Of a stretch of DNA of 64,000 bases, positions 10,873-22,689 are shown piece by piece. The position numbers were made by a program, and so were the translations under genes. The stretch comes from Bacillota bacterium. Lineage in GTDB: Bacteria > Bacillota > Sulfobacillia > JAJZYS01 > JAJZLH01. The notes below the pieces were generated by a model, which was not told where the DNA came from, made no database searches, and worked only from the letters and a program-made list of their open reading frames with translations. How positions within the stretch are numbered: the first letter of the stretch is position 1; each line of letters starts with the position of its first letter. The stretch lies in the NCBI GenBank assembly GCA_021850485.1, contig JAJZLY010000005.1, positions 12,686-76,685 on the forward strand, in the 5' to 3' direction.

Positions 10873-11451
10873 TCAGACGTTAGCGCCGCTTCTGCCCACC
10901 AGCTTCCAGCTGAGCGGCAACAGTCCAGAGGCGACGAGGAGCTTGAGCGTGTCGCCAATCACAAACGGCAAAAAGCCCAGTGTCACGGCCTTGGCCATAC
11001 CCAAATAGAGCCCCAGCCACGGCACGGCGATTGCATACATCGCCACTTCGCCGATCACCATGGCCAAGAGCACCTTGCCGTCGCGGTCCCAGCCTCGCTC
11101 AGCCAAGAGTCCGACCAGATAGGCAGCCACCACAAAACCGATCAGATAGCCGCCCAGCGGCCCCAGCACGGTGCTGGCCCCCGCTGTGCCGCCGGCAAAC
11201 ACGGGCGCCCCGGCCATACCGACCAAGGCGTAGACCAAGAGGGAAAGTGCGCCCTTGCGTGCACCCAAGGTAGCTCCGGTGGTGAGTACGGCGAAGGTCT
11301 GAAGGGTGACCGGAACCGGAGTGAACGGCAGTGGGATGGAGACTTGGGCCAATAGGGCCGTGAACAAGGCACCCCCCAATACCAGCACAGTGGCGGAAAG
11401 AACGCCGGGCTTGACCAGGCGGTCGGCGAGGGTGCGGGGTGCCGTGATCAT
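10873..11451 (-). CDS. bioY: Biotin transporter BioY (ECF S-component)
   Basis: 192 aa. PVTLQTFAVLTTGATLG...APVFAGGTAG...GPLGGYLIGFVVAAYLVG matches the BioY family. Confidence 0.85.
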   Translation of the reverse strand: MITAPRTLADRLVKPGVLSATVLVLGGALFTALLAQVSIPLPFTPVPVTLQTFAVLTTGATLGARKGALSLLVYALVGMAGAPVFAGGTAGASTVLGPLGGYLIGFVVAAYLVGLLAERGWDRDGKVLLAMVIGEVAMYAIAVPWLGLYLGMAKAVTLGFLPFVIGDTLKLLVASGLLPLSWKLVGRSGANV

Positions 11452-11499
11452 TGCGCTAGACAGGGCAGATCCCTCCAGTTGCGATATCGGCTGGCGAAC

Positions 11500-12735
11500 T
11501 TAGGCAGAGCTAGCGGCACTTCCTGCAAGGCCGGCTGCCATGGCGAGCCGGACGTCTTTGGACAGACCCCAGACCAGAGCCAGCAGGATCATGGCGGCCC
11601 CGGCAGCCAGCCACAAGAAGACCAAGGACAGGTGGAGGGCAAAGAAGCCGCCGGCCAGCAGCGGGCCGAGCGGTGTGGCGATGGAAAAGAGCGTGAGCAT
11701 CATCCCCATCACCCGGCCGCGCACGGCCTCTGGGATCAGGCGCTGAATGACGGCAAAGGCGGTGGCGTTCAAGATGCCGCTCATCACCCCGCTCACAGCC
11801 AACAGGAACAGCTCAGGCCAAAACGCCGGCCACAGGGCGAAGGCGATCATCAAGGCGCCCTGCACCGCTGCTGACACGGACACCACCAGCCAGGCCGGCC
11901 GGCGGGCGAGGGAGGAGGCGAGCAGGTAGCCTGAAATGGCACCGCCGGGAAAGGCGGCTTCAAAAAAGCCGAAGGAGACGACAGTGCCGTGCAGTACGTG
12001 GTGCACCCAGTACGACATGGTGATGAAGGCACCCATGAACAACAGGTTCGTGAGGGCGATGACGGGCACGGTCTGGATCAGCCAGCGCATCTCGCGCGCT
12101 GCCGCCAGGCCCTCTCGGATGGCCCGCCAGGATATGGCCGCCGTGTCGGCGGGCGCAGTCTTGCCCCGCGAGGCGGCGGCCACGAACAGGAGCGACGCTG
12201 CGCTGATCAGGAAGCTTCCGGCGTCGAAGCCTAAGATGACACCCAGTCCGATCACCGCTAGGGCAGCGCCGCCGGCCGCAGCCCCCACCAGATTGACCGT
12301 CTGGTAGGTACCTTGCATCAAGCCGTTGGCGGCGACCAACTGGTCGCCGGACACCACTTCCGGCAGGAGGGTACTTTCGGCCGGACTGAACAGCGCTCCG
12401 CCCAGCGTGACCAGCGCTAAGGCTACCAGCAGCAGATAGGGCGTGATGGTGGGATCGGCCAGCGCGCCGATCAGCACCAGGGTTACAGACCCGGCCCGGA
12501 CCAGGTCGGTGAGCACCATCAGCCGCCAGGCTCCGAAGTGATCTACCAAAACGCCGCCCAAGAAGGCGAAGAGCTGAGGCAGGGCGATCACCACACCGGC
12601 CGCCACCAAGAGGTACGGCGAGCGCAGTTGCAAGATCCAAAACGCCGCGATTGACAAGAAGACATTGCCGAACTGGGAGATGCCCTGACCCAGCCACAGC
12701 GCGCGCAACGAGGGAATGGAAAATGCTTGTCGCAT
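11500..12735 (-). CDS. MFS transporter (EntS/DHA3-like), paralog 1
   Basis: 411 aa with 12 predicted TM segments. N-terminus IPSLRALWLGQGISQFGNVF is nearly identical to the adjacent paralog. Confidence 0.85.
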   Translation of the reverse strand: MRQAFSIPSLRALWLGQGISQFGNVFLSIAAFWILQLRSPYLLVAAGVVIALPQLFAFLGGVLVDHFGAWRLMVLTDLVRAGSVTLVLIGALADPTITPYLLLVALALVTLGGALFSPAESTLLPEVVSGDQLVAANGLMQGTYQTVNLVGAAAGGAALAVIGLGVILGFDAGSFLISAASLLFVAAASRGKTAPADTAAISWRAIREGLAAAREMRWLIQTVPVIALTNLLFMGAFITMSYWVHHVLHGTVVSFGFFEAAFPGGAISGYLLASSLARRPAWLVVSVSAAVQGALMIAFALWPAFWPELFLLAVSGVMSGILNATAFAVIQRLIPEAVRGRVMGMMLTLFSIATPLGPLLAGGFFALHLSLVFLWLAAGAAMILLALVWGLSKDVRLAMAAGLAGSAASSA

Positions 12736-12785
12736 GTGGTCGCCTCCCGTTTAGGTGGGGGGGAGGGTCGAGTCAGTCCGATGCG

Positions 12786-14026
12786 CTAACTGGCGGAGGA
12801 GGTGACGTTACCTGTAAACCCGTCCGTCATCGCCGACCGGACATCTTTGGATACGCCCCAGACCAATCCAAGGGCGATGCCGGCAACTCCACTCAGTATC
12901 CAGAGAATGACCAGCGACCAGCCGGTAGCGAAGAAGACACCGGTCACCAAGGGGCCGAGCGGCGCACTCAGGCCGAGCAGAGTGATCACCATGCCCAGCA
13001 CCCGGCCGCGCATCGCCGCCGGAATCGACGCCTGGATGACGGAGATGGCGATGGTGTTGATCACGCCGTTCAAGATGCCTGCTAGGACCATAATGCCCAG
13101 TTCCCCGGGGATGGACAGCCACAACGGGAAGAGGAGAAATAGTGCGCCCTGGACGGTCGCCATCACGGCGATCACCTGCCAGGCTGGCCAACGCCGAAAA
13201 CTGGCGGCGTTCAGCGATCCCAGGATGAGGCCGCCCGCCCACAGGGCGTCGAACAACCCGTAGTCGGCCACTGTGCCACCCAGCACATGGTGCACCCAGT
13301 ACGGCAAGGAGATGAAGGTGGCAAAGAAAAGCAGGTTGGTGAGGGCGATGATGGGTAGGGTTTGGATCAGCCAGCGCATCTCGCGGGCGGCGGAAAGGCC
13401 TTCTCGAATCGCCCTAAGCGAGATGGCTGGGGTGTCAGTTGGCGCGACGCGGCGGCGGGAGGAAGCGGTCACGAAGAATAAGGACGCCACGCTGGCCACG
13501 AAAGTGGCGGCGTCGAAACCGAGGATCGCTCCCACACCAATGGCGAGCAGTGCCGCTCCGCCCATCGCCGCCCCGACCGCCGATGCGGTTTGGGAAGTGC
13601 TCTGCATCAGACCGTTGGCGGCCACCAGTTCCTCGCCTGACACCACCTCTGGTAACAGGGTGGCCTCGGCTGGGCCGAACAGGGCACCGCCAAGCGTGGT
13701 CAGGGCCAAGGCCACAAGCAACAGGTAGGGGGTGATGGTGGGGTCGGCCAGGGCCGCCACCAGAACTGTGCCGACCACCGCCGCCCGCACCACATCGGTT
13801 AGCACCATCAGCCGCCAAGCCCCGAAGTGATCGACCAAGACGCCGCCCAAGAAGGCGAACAGTTGGGGCAGAGCGATCAGCACTCCGGCCGCCACCAGGA
13901 GATAGGGCGAGCGCAGCTGCAGGATCCAGAAGGCGGCGATCTGTAAGAAGACATTGCCAAAGACGGAGATGCCCTGGCCCAGCCACAGGGCGCGCAGAGA
14001 GGGAATGGCCAGTGCCTTACGCACGG
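12786..14026 (-). CDS. MFS transporter (EntS/DHA3-like), paralog 2
   Basis: Start trimmed to GTG at 14026-14024 (VRKALAIPSLRALWLGQGISVFGNVF). RBS gagga 8 nt upstream. Tandem duplicate of 11500..12735. Confidence 0.8.
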
Positions 14027-15162
14027 CTATCCTCGACGGTGATCGAGCCGAAGGCGGTCTCCAGCTTGATCTGCAGCGCTTCGTCGCCGTCCGCCATGGT
14101 GACCTCGCGGCCGACCGTACCGCCGCTTTGGTGGCGGATGGTGCCATGGACGTCCAGGTTGACGCTGCCGACCCCGGCCTCGGCCTTCAAGGCATAGCCG
14201 AGGGTCTTGGGGATGTGCACCGTGATCGCCCCGCGCACCGTCTCGGCGCTCAGCTTGCCGCGCGAGCCGGGCAACGCCTCGGCGAAGATGCGGCCGTTCA
14301 CCGTCTCCAGGCTGCAGTCCGCGAGCACGCCGGCCAGCGACAGCTTGCCGTTTAGGGTTTCCATGCTCACCCGCTGGGCCTCCCCCGCCACCACCTCCAT
14401 GGCGCCGTTGCGGGTCTCAAAAGAGCAATGGGAGAGCGAGCGGGCGCTGACTCTAAAGGCGCCGTTCAGGCTCTCCACCTTGAGGTCTTGGGCGGACAGG
14501 CCCTCCATGTTGAACAGCCCGTTCATCAGCTCAGCCGACCCAGTCAGGGTCACACCGGCTGGCACCTGGACCTCGATGCGCGGGGTGTCCATGCCGCGAC
14601 CAAAAGAGAAGTTCACGTTGCGGCGCGGCTGTTCGATCTGCAGAACGTGGTTTTCGAAGGACACCAGCGGCGTCAACTGCTCCGGCCCACGGTAGGAGAA
14701 GTGGACGCCCTGGGCGTCCGCTGAGGGCACAAGCACCAGGCTGCCATGGTTCAGTTCGATCTCAAGCTTCATCGTGCGGTCTGCGCCAGCGGCCAGATCG
14801 AAGTGCTGATCCGCCTGAGCCGGCTGCGCACTGTGAGCCCATGGTCTGCGGTTGGCCGAGGCCCCAAACTCGTTGAACGCGCCATCCATGGCCTCTGCGA
14901 CGATGTGGTCCACCATCTCTCCCAGGTCCCCGCCAAAGCTGCCAGGCCGGTGCCGACGACCCCGCCAGCGGAAACGGCCACTCCTACGGGCCTCCTCAGC
15001 TCCGGTGGCCTGTGTATCGCTCGGCCCTTGGCCCGTCGTGTCCTGGTCCGATCCGTGGCCGAGGGCGGCGATCAGCTCCGCTCCTTCTTCTGCCGTGATC
15101 TTCTTCTCCGCCACCAGATCCAAGATTTTCACGATCTCCTGGCTAGGACTCATCGGAGCCAT
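14017..15162 (-). CDS. DUF4097 (putative adhesin / LiaG-like) protein with N-terminal SHOCT-like segment
   Basis: The C-terminal beta-repeat region (NGAFRVSARSLSHCSFETRNGAMEV..., NGKLSLAGVL...) is characteristic of DUF4097. Its 3' end overlaps the start of MFS paralog 2. Confidence 0.65.
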   Translation of the reverse strand: MAPMSPSQEIVKILDLVAEKKITAEEGAELIAALGHGSDQDTTGQGPSDTQATGAEEARRSGRFRWRGRRHRPGSFGGDLGEMVDHIVAEAMDGAFNEFGASANRRPWAHSAQPAQADQHFDLAAGADRTMKLEIELNHGSLVLVPSADAQGVHFSYRGPEQLTPLVSFENHVLQIEQPRRNVNFSFGRGMDTPRIEVQVPAGVTLTGSAELMNGLFNMEGLSAQDLKVESLNGAFRVSARSLSHCSFETRNGAMEVVAGEAQRVSMETLNGKLSLAGVLADCSLETVNGRIFAEALPGSRGKLSAETVRGAITVHIPKTLGYALKAEAGVGSVNLDVHGTIRHQSGGTVGREVTMADGDEALQIKLETAFGSITVEDSRA

Positions 15163-15553
15163 CTCCTTCGCTGGACTCATTTCGCACGATCACAGCGTCC
15201 CCGCGCAAAAGCGCCAAGGCCTCTCCCGCACTGATCTCGCCGGAGCGCAGCCGCTCCAAAACGGCCTCACCGGGAGACGGGCGACGCTCTTCAACCTCGC
15301 CACCCAGGGCCAGCACCAACTCATCGAGCCTGGATCGGAGTCCCGGGTAGGACAGATCCGTGATCCGCTCCAGGGCCTTCAGGTTGCCGCGGGCCCGAAT
15401 GAAGCGTTCGGCGAAAGTGGCCAATTCCGGGGTCAGTTCGGCGAACGGCACCCGAAAGTGGCCCTCGACCGACACCTGACAGCTATCGCAATACAGCCGG
15501 ACGGCAGTCAAGGGGCCGGCGCAGACGGGGCAAGAGGGCACGGGATGATCCAT
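15143..15553 (-). CDS. DUF2089 protein (zinc ribbon + HTH)
   Basis: CPVCAGPLTAVRLYCDSCQVSVEGHF is a zinc ribbon. It is followed by an HTH-like region. DUF2089 is commonly paired with DUF4097. Confidence 0.65.
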   Translation of the reverse strand: MDHPVPSCPVCAGPLTAVRLYCDSCQVSVEGHFRVPFAELTPELATFAERFIRARGNLKALERITDLSYPGLRSRLDELVLALGGEVEERRPSPGEAVLERLRSGEISAGEALALLRGDAVIVRNESSEGDGSDES

Positions 15554-15691
15554 ATCCTCACCTCACGGGATCATATATACACCACTTAGGATAAAAAAGT
15601 AACCTATTGATCGAAAATATGTCGCCTGCTCGCCACATGCTCCGGCACCAGGCCATCGGTTGCGTGGGTTATACTGAAGTCACCATCGGAG

Positions 15692-18016
<2,325 letters not shown>

Positions 18017-18018
18017 TC

Positions 18019-19347
18019 GTGAAGCTGGCGGTCATCGGCGGCGGCAGTCTGTACACCCCAGAATTGATCCGGGGCTGGCTGACCCGCCGAGACGATCTGC
18101 CGCTGGACGAGATCCACCTGATGGACCTGCCAGAAGCGGCAGGCCGGCTTGCCACCGTCGCCGACTTCAGCCGCCGGCTGATCGCTCAGGCTGGCGGCGG
18201 TGCGCACTTGGCGACAGGGGACTCGCTCGATTTGGCGATCGAAGGTGCCGACATCGTGATCAATCAGTTCCGGGTGGGCGGCCAACTGGCCCGGGATCTG
18301 GATGAAACAGTTCCCCTGCGCCATGGCCTGATCGGGCAGGAGACGACGGGACCCGGCGGCTTCGCCATGGCGCTGCGCACGATCCCGGTGGCGGTGACCG
18401 TAGCTGAGCGGGTGCGCGCCATGGCTGGCCCCAAACCCTGGCTGATTAACTTCACCAATCCGGCTGGCTTGGTCACCGAGGCCATCTTGAAGGCAGTGCC
18501 CGGTGTGTCTGTGGTGGGACTGTGTAACATCCCGCTGATCTTGCGCCAGCAGGCTGCCACTGCCTTTGGGGTGCCGCTTGCAGAGGTGACCCTGGAAACG
18601 GCAGGTCTTAACCACCTGTCCCTGTTCCGGGTCCAGGTGGCCGGGCGCGACGTGACGGAGGCGATCTTGGCCGGACCACTGGTCGCCGGCGAGGTGGTGG
18701 CCAATCTCCCCTCATTGGACCGCACATCGGCGCAGGTTCTGGCCATGTCTCGCTGGGTGCGGCGGTTGGGCTGGATCCCCAATCCCTATTTCCGCTATTT
18801 CCTGCTTCCAGACGAGACGCTGGCCGACGCTCAATCGGCTGCCGATCGAGGAGAAAACCGAGCGCGGCTGGTGCTCGCCCTGGAGCGAGAGATCCTCGAC
18901 GCCTACGCATCGGCGGGGCCAGCGGTGATGCCAGCTCAACTCTCCAGACGCGGCGGCACCCTATACTCTCAGGCTGCGCTGGACCTCATCTTTGCGCTTT
19001 GGTCCGAACGGGGCCAGATGACCGTCAACACCCCAAATCACGGTGCGATTTCGGATTTGCCGGCCGATGCGGTGGTGGAGATGGACGTGCTGGTGGACCG
19101 CAGCGGCATCCACTCACTGCCGCACCCGGACCTGCCGCTTGCAGCCAGGGGATTGATCCAATCCGTGAAGACGTATGAGCAACTGGCCGTGGAGGCAGCG
19201 CTTGGCGGCGACCGTGAGATAGCGTTGGCCGCCCTCATCGCCCACCCACTGGTGTCCGGGATGGGTCAGGCCGAACCTCTCCTATCCGACCTCCTGGCAG
19301 CGCACCGCCAATTTCTGCCGCAATTTTTTCCGGAGCTGGCCCCATGA
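18019..19347 (+). CDS. Glycoside hydrolase family 4 (NAD/Mn-dependent 6-phospho-glucosidase / alpha-glucosidase family)
   Basis: MKLAVIGGGSLYTPELI is the GH4 N-terminal Rossmann motif. 442 aa. Confidence 0.85.
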   Translation: MKLAVIGGGSLYTPELIRGWLTRRDDLPLDEIHLMDLPEAAGRLATVADFSRRLIAQAGGGAHLATGDSLDLAIEGADIVINQFRVGGQLARDLDETVPLRHGLIGQETTGPGGFAMALRTIPVAVTVAERVRAMAGPKPWLINFTNPAGLVTEAILKAVPGVSVVGLCNIPLILRQQAATAFGVPLAEVTLETAGLNHLSLFRVQVAGRDVTEAILAGPLVAGEVVANLPSLDRTSAQVLAMSRWVRRLGWIPNPYFRYFLLPDETLADAQSAADRGENRARLVLALEREILDAYASAGPAVMPAQLSRRGGTLYSQAALDLIFALWSERGQMTVNTPNHGAISDLPADAVVEMDVLVDRSGIHSLPHPDLPLAARGLIQSVKTYEQLAVEAALGGDREIALAALIAHPLVSGMGQAEPLLSDLLAAHRQFLPQFFPELAP

Positions 19348-20324
19348 ACGGGTCCCGATCGTTTATCGGCGTGGATGCCGGCGCAAGCCACACCCGGCTG
19401 ATCGGATTGAATCCGGTGGAAGATGACCTGGCGTGGCTTGAGGCGCCGGGCGCCAGCATGGATCTGTACGGAGCGGACGGCACGGCCGCCGTGCTCGCCC
19501 CCTTGATCCGCCGGCTCAGCAGCAAAGCTCCGGCCGAGGTGGTGGCGGCCGTCGCTGGCGCAGACAGTCCGGCTGAGCAGACGGAACTGAAAGAGGCGTT
19601 GATCCGCCAACTGGACGGTTGGCGCGTGCAGGTGATTAACGACGCGCACGCCGCCTTGATCGCCCAGCTGCCCACTGGGCCAGGGGCCGTCTTGGTGGCT
19701 GGCACCGGGACCAACGCCCTGGCCCGGCGCACCGATGGCCAGCTGTTCGGGCTGCGGGCCAAGGGCTATCTGCAAGGCAACTACGGCGGCGGGCTGGATT
19801 TGTCCCGGCGAGCCGTGCACTTGGCCTTTCGGGCGGAAGAGGGCTCAGGGGAATGCAGCCGCTTGGAACAGGAGGTCTTGGCGCTCAGCGGGCTATCTTC
19901 GTACGATCAGCTGAGTGAGACCCTGGGCCGGGACCGGGCCAGTCTTTGGCCGCTGGTTCAACGGCTGCCGCCGCTGGTGATGAGGCTTGCGGCCGAAGGC
20001 GACCATGTCTGCCAGGACCTATTGGCAGAGATCGGCCAGGCCCTGGCCGGATCGGTGCGAGCGGCAGTGGTCCGGGCTGAAATTGGAGAGCTGCCGGGCC
20101 TGCCGGTGGTGCTGGCAGGCGGGCTCCTTGGGGCCCGATCGCCGCATCTCGAAGGCCCCTTGGCCGAGGCGCTGGAGTTGTCCTTGCGCCATCCGCAGCT
20201 GACCCACCTGAGCCGGGAGCCAGCGCGTGGCGCCTTATTCATGGCGGTTTCGCAGCACCCAGAACTGGTTCCCAGGGTCTGGACCTCCCCGCTGCGCGTG
20301 CTCGGCGCAGCAGCGTCAGCTTGA
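19344..20324 (+). CDS. BadF/BadG/BcrA/BcrD-type ATPase (N-acetylglucosamine kinase-like)
   Basis: FIGVDAGASHTRL (actin-like ATPase phosphate-1 motif). 326 aa. Overlaps the GH4 stop. Confidence 0.7.
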   Translation: MNGSRSFIGVDAGASHTRLIGLNPVEDDLAWLEAPGASMDLYGADGTAAVLAPLIRRLSSKAPAEVVAAVAGADSPAEQTELKEALIRQLDGWRVQVINDAHAALIAQLPTGPGAVLVAGTGTNALARRTDGQLFGLRAKGYLQGNYGGGLDLSRRAVHLAFRAEEGSGECSRLEQEVLALSGLSSYDQLSETLGRDRASLWPLVQRLPPLVMRLAAEGDHVCQDLLAEIGQALAGSVRAAVVRAEIGELPGLPVVLAGGLLGARSPHLEGPLAEALELSLRHPQLTHLSREPARGALFMAVSQHPELVPRVWTSPLRVLGAAASA

Positions 20325-20335
20325 CTCGACTGAGC

Positions 20336-21622
20336 TCAGGCCACCTTGCGCACCTTCCAGATCAAGGCCGAGCCGATCAGGAAGAGTAGCGCTGTCGATC
20401 CGAACATCAGCTGATAGGTTGCAATGGTCCCGACCGCCGGAATGATCAAGAAGGCCAAGACGGTGCCGAACGCCGAGGCCAATAGTTGGCCAGCCGTGAC
20501 CGTGATGCCCCACACCCCCATGTCCTTGGCTGCGGCGCCAGCCGGCATGGTGTCTACCGCCAGTGCCCAGTCCACTGACTGGTAGGCACCGTAGCCGATG
20601 CCGAAGGCCACCGCTGCCACATAGATCATGGTCATGGTGTGGCTGAACACGAAGAGCAGGGCGCAGATCCCCATGATCACGCCGGCCACGGACACGATGA
20701 CGCGACGGCGGTTGATGCGATCAGAGATGACGCCGGCCAGGATCGATGAGATCACGGCGGTGAACGACAAAATGAGCAAGACGTAGGTCACGTCTCGTCC
20801 TGGATTGGCAATGCCGAGCACGAAGTGCAGGTAGTAGAAGAGATAGGTCTCCAAGACGTACAGCCCGATCATCACCAAGAGGCGGGTGGTGAACACCCAG
20901 CGGAAGTCTCGATAGTGCGGGCCGCGAATGAAAAAACTCTTGAACACGTCGGCCCAAGGCTTGTGCTTGGCATCCAGCGAGGGCGGTTCTTTGACCAGGC
21001 CGAAGGTGACACCGAAGCCAGCTGCCATCACGGCCAGGCTGGACCAGGCGAACAAAAACGGTGACAGAAAGCCGGCGATCAAGCCGCCGCCGATCACGCC
21101 CAGCTGGTTGTATAGGGCCATCATGCCGCTGGCCGTGCCGCGCTGGCGGTGTGGCACCAGATCTGGGATCAAGCCCTGATACGACGCCTGGACGATGTTG
21201 CCGAAGATCTGGATGGCAAGCAATCCCACCACAAACCAGGCCAAGGTGGGCGCTCCGACCAAGATCAGGATTCCGGCCAGACTGGGCAGGGCAGCCAGTG
21301 CCATCAGGGGACGGCGGCGACCCATCTTGGAGCGCCAACCGTCGGAGATGGCGCCAAACACCGGGGCGACGATGATTGCGGCAGCTGCACCCAAATAGGT
21401 GGTCCAGCTGAGGACACTGGTGGAATGGGCCGCACCGACCAGCGACAAGATGCGAGCCGGCATCACGATCAGGATCAATCCCGTCCAGAGCAGGTTATTC
21501 GGAAGCCAGAAGAAGCCAAGCGCCAACTGATTGCCCAGGCTCAACCGCGGGCGGCCAGGCCAACCCAGATAGGGCGAGTCTGGGTCGCCAGCGCCATCGT
21601 GCTCAGTCGCCATCTCAGTCAT
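20336..21622 (-). CDS. MFS sugar transporter
   Basis: 428 aa. Multi-TM. MFS motif GAISDGWRSKMGRRRP. Confidence 0.8.
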   Translation of the reverse strand: MTEMATEHDGAGDPDSPYLGWPGRPRLSLGNQLALGFFWLPNNLLWTGLILIVMPARILSLVGAAHSTSVLSWTTYLGAAAAIIVAPVFGAISDGWRSKMGRRRPLMALAALPSLAGILILVGAPTLAWFVVGLLAIQIFGNIVQASYQGLIPDLVPHRQRGTASGMMALYNQLGVIGGGLIAGFLSPFLFAWSSLAVMAAGFGVTFGLVKEPPSLDAKHKPWADVFKSFFIRGPHYRDFRWVFTTRLLVMIGLYVLETYLFYYLHFVLGIANPGRDVTYVLLILSFTAVISSILAGVISDRINRRRVIVSVAGVIMGICALLFVFSHTMTMIYVAAVAFGIGYGAYQSVDWALAVDTMPAGAAAKDMGVWGITVTAGQLLASAFGTVLAFLIIPAVGTIATYQLMFGSTALLFLIGSALIWKVRKVA

Positions 21623-22382
21623 CCTTCCCGATTTCGATCTGAGGGGCCATGTGCATGAGCAGGGCGGACACCAGCCGAAACGCCTCCTTGGGGCCTTTTC
21701 CTCCCTTCCAGGACGCCGACTGTTCAGCCCAATAGGCCATCAGCAGGTCGACGAGGGCGCCTGTGAACTGGCTCTGGTGAGCCTGCAAGGCCGCCCGCTT
21801 GCGCTCCCAAAATGCACCGGCTGGCCAGAACAGGTTCGGCCGGCCGGTGGCGTACATCACGGCAAAGGGAGAGGAAACGGCTGGCCCCGCTTCTGGGAGC
21901 ACGTGCGGCAGACCAGCAGCCACCAGAGCGGCGGCGGCAGCCAAGCCCACGGTGCGGTGGTCGGGATGGCCCTCGTCCGGGAGCCAGGGATCGGGGAAAA
22001 ACAAAGCATCAGGCTTCTCCAGGCGGATCTCCCGCAAGATGCCCAGGGTAACCGCGCGCTCGTCCAACCAGGCGAAATCGGGAAAATCTAAAAACCGCAC
22101 CTCGTCGAGCCCGAGGATGGCAGTGGCTGCCCGCTCCTCATCTTGCCGGATGGCCGCCAGCTCGGGCGGTGACTGCTCAGGATCGATGCTCCCTTTATCC
22201 CCATTCGTGATGTCTACCACCACCACTCGGGCGCCGCCAGAAGCGAGATCTGCCAGTGTGGCGCCGGCGCCGATGGTGGCGTCGTCTTGGTGGGGAGCGA
22301 CCACCAGGACCCGGCTGGCGGTTCTCAAGTCAGGCCGGAGTTGAGTGGGGCCGATGCCCATGTCCATCCCCCCGTGCCGCAT
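21615..22382 (-). CDS. PIG-L/LmbE family N-acetylglucosaminyl deacetylase
   Basis: VLVVAPHQDDATIGAGATLA is the PIG-L zinc-binding HxDD motif. Start trimmed to ATG at 22382 (or 22367). The track ORF carries an N-terminal run-in. Confidence 0.75.
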   Translation of the reverse strand: MRHGGMDMGIGPTQLRPDLRTASRVLVVAPHQDDATIGAGATLADLASGGARVVVVDITNGDKGSIDPEQSPPELAAIRQDEERAATAILGLDEVRFLDFPDFAWLDERAVTLGILREIRLEKPDALFFPDPWLPDEGHPDHRTVGLAAAAALVAAGLPHVLPEAGPAVSSPFAVMYATGRPNLFWPAGAFWERKRAALQAHQSQFTGALVDLLMAYWAEQSASWKGGKGPKEAFRLVSALLMHMAPQIEIGKDD

Positions 22383-22689
22383 GCGATTACTCTTGCCTGA
22401 TTCGGGTCTGCAGCCGCCGCTCCTGTTGGAGCGGGGCGGTGCGGCTGAGGGCTCAGGAAGACTTTCCGGCGTGGACGGGCACGATCTTAGGCGCCGCCGG
22501 GCGACAGCCAAGCGTTGCCCGGTTTCGGACAGAGGTGGCAAGAACCGTCGCCTGGCGGATCAGGAACGAGAAGGACTAATTGGGTGAGAAATGGACAAAA
22601 GGGAAAATATGGAGTATAAAAAATATTAGTGGAAGAGTCAAGATGCCGGACGGCAGGCCCACTGCTGATCCCACGGAAGGTTGGTCGAG

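Noticed and set aside
10840-11355. 171-aa plus-strand ORF
   Set aside because: Antisense to the well-supported bioY gene. Low-complexity His/Gln/Arg-rich translation.
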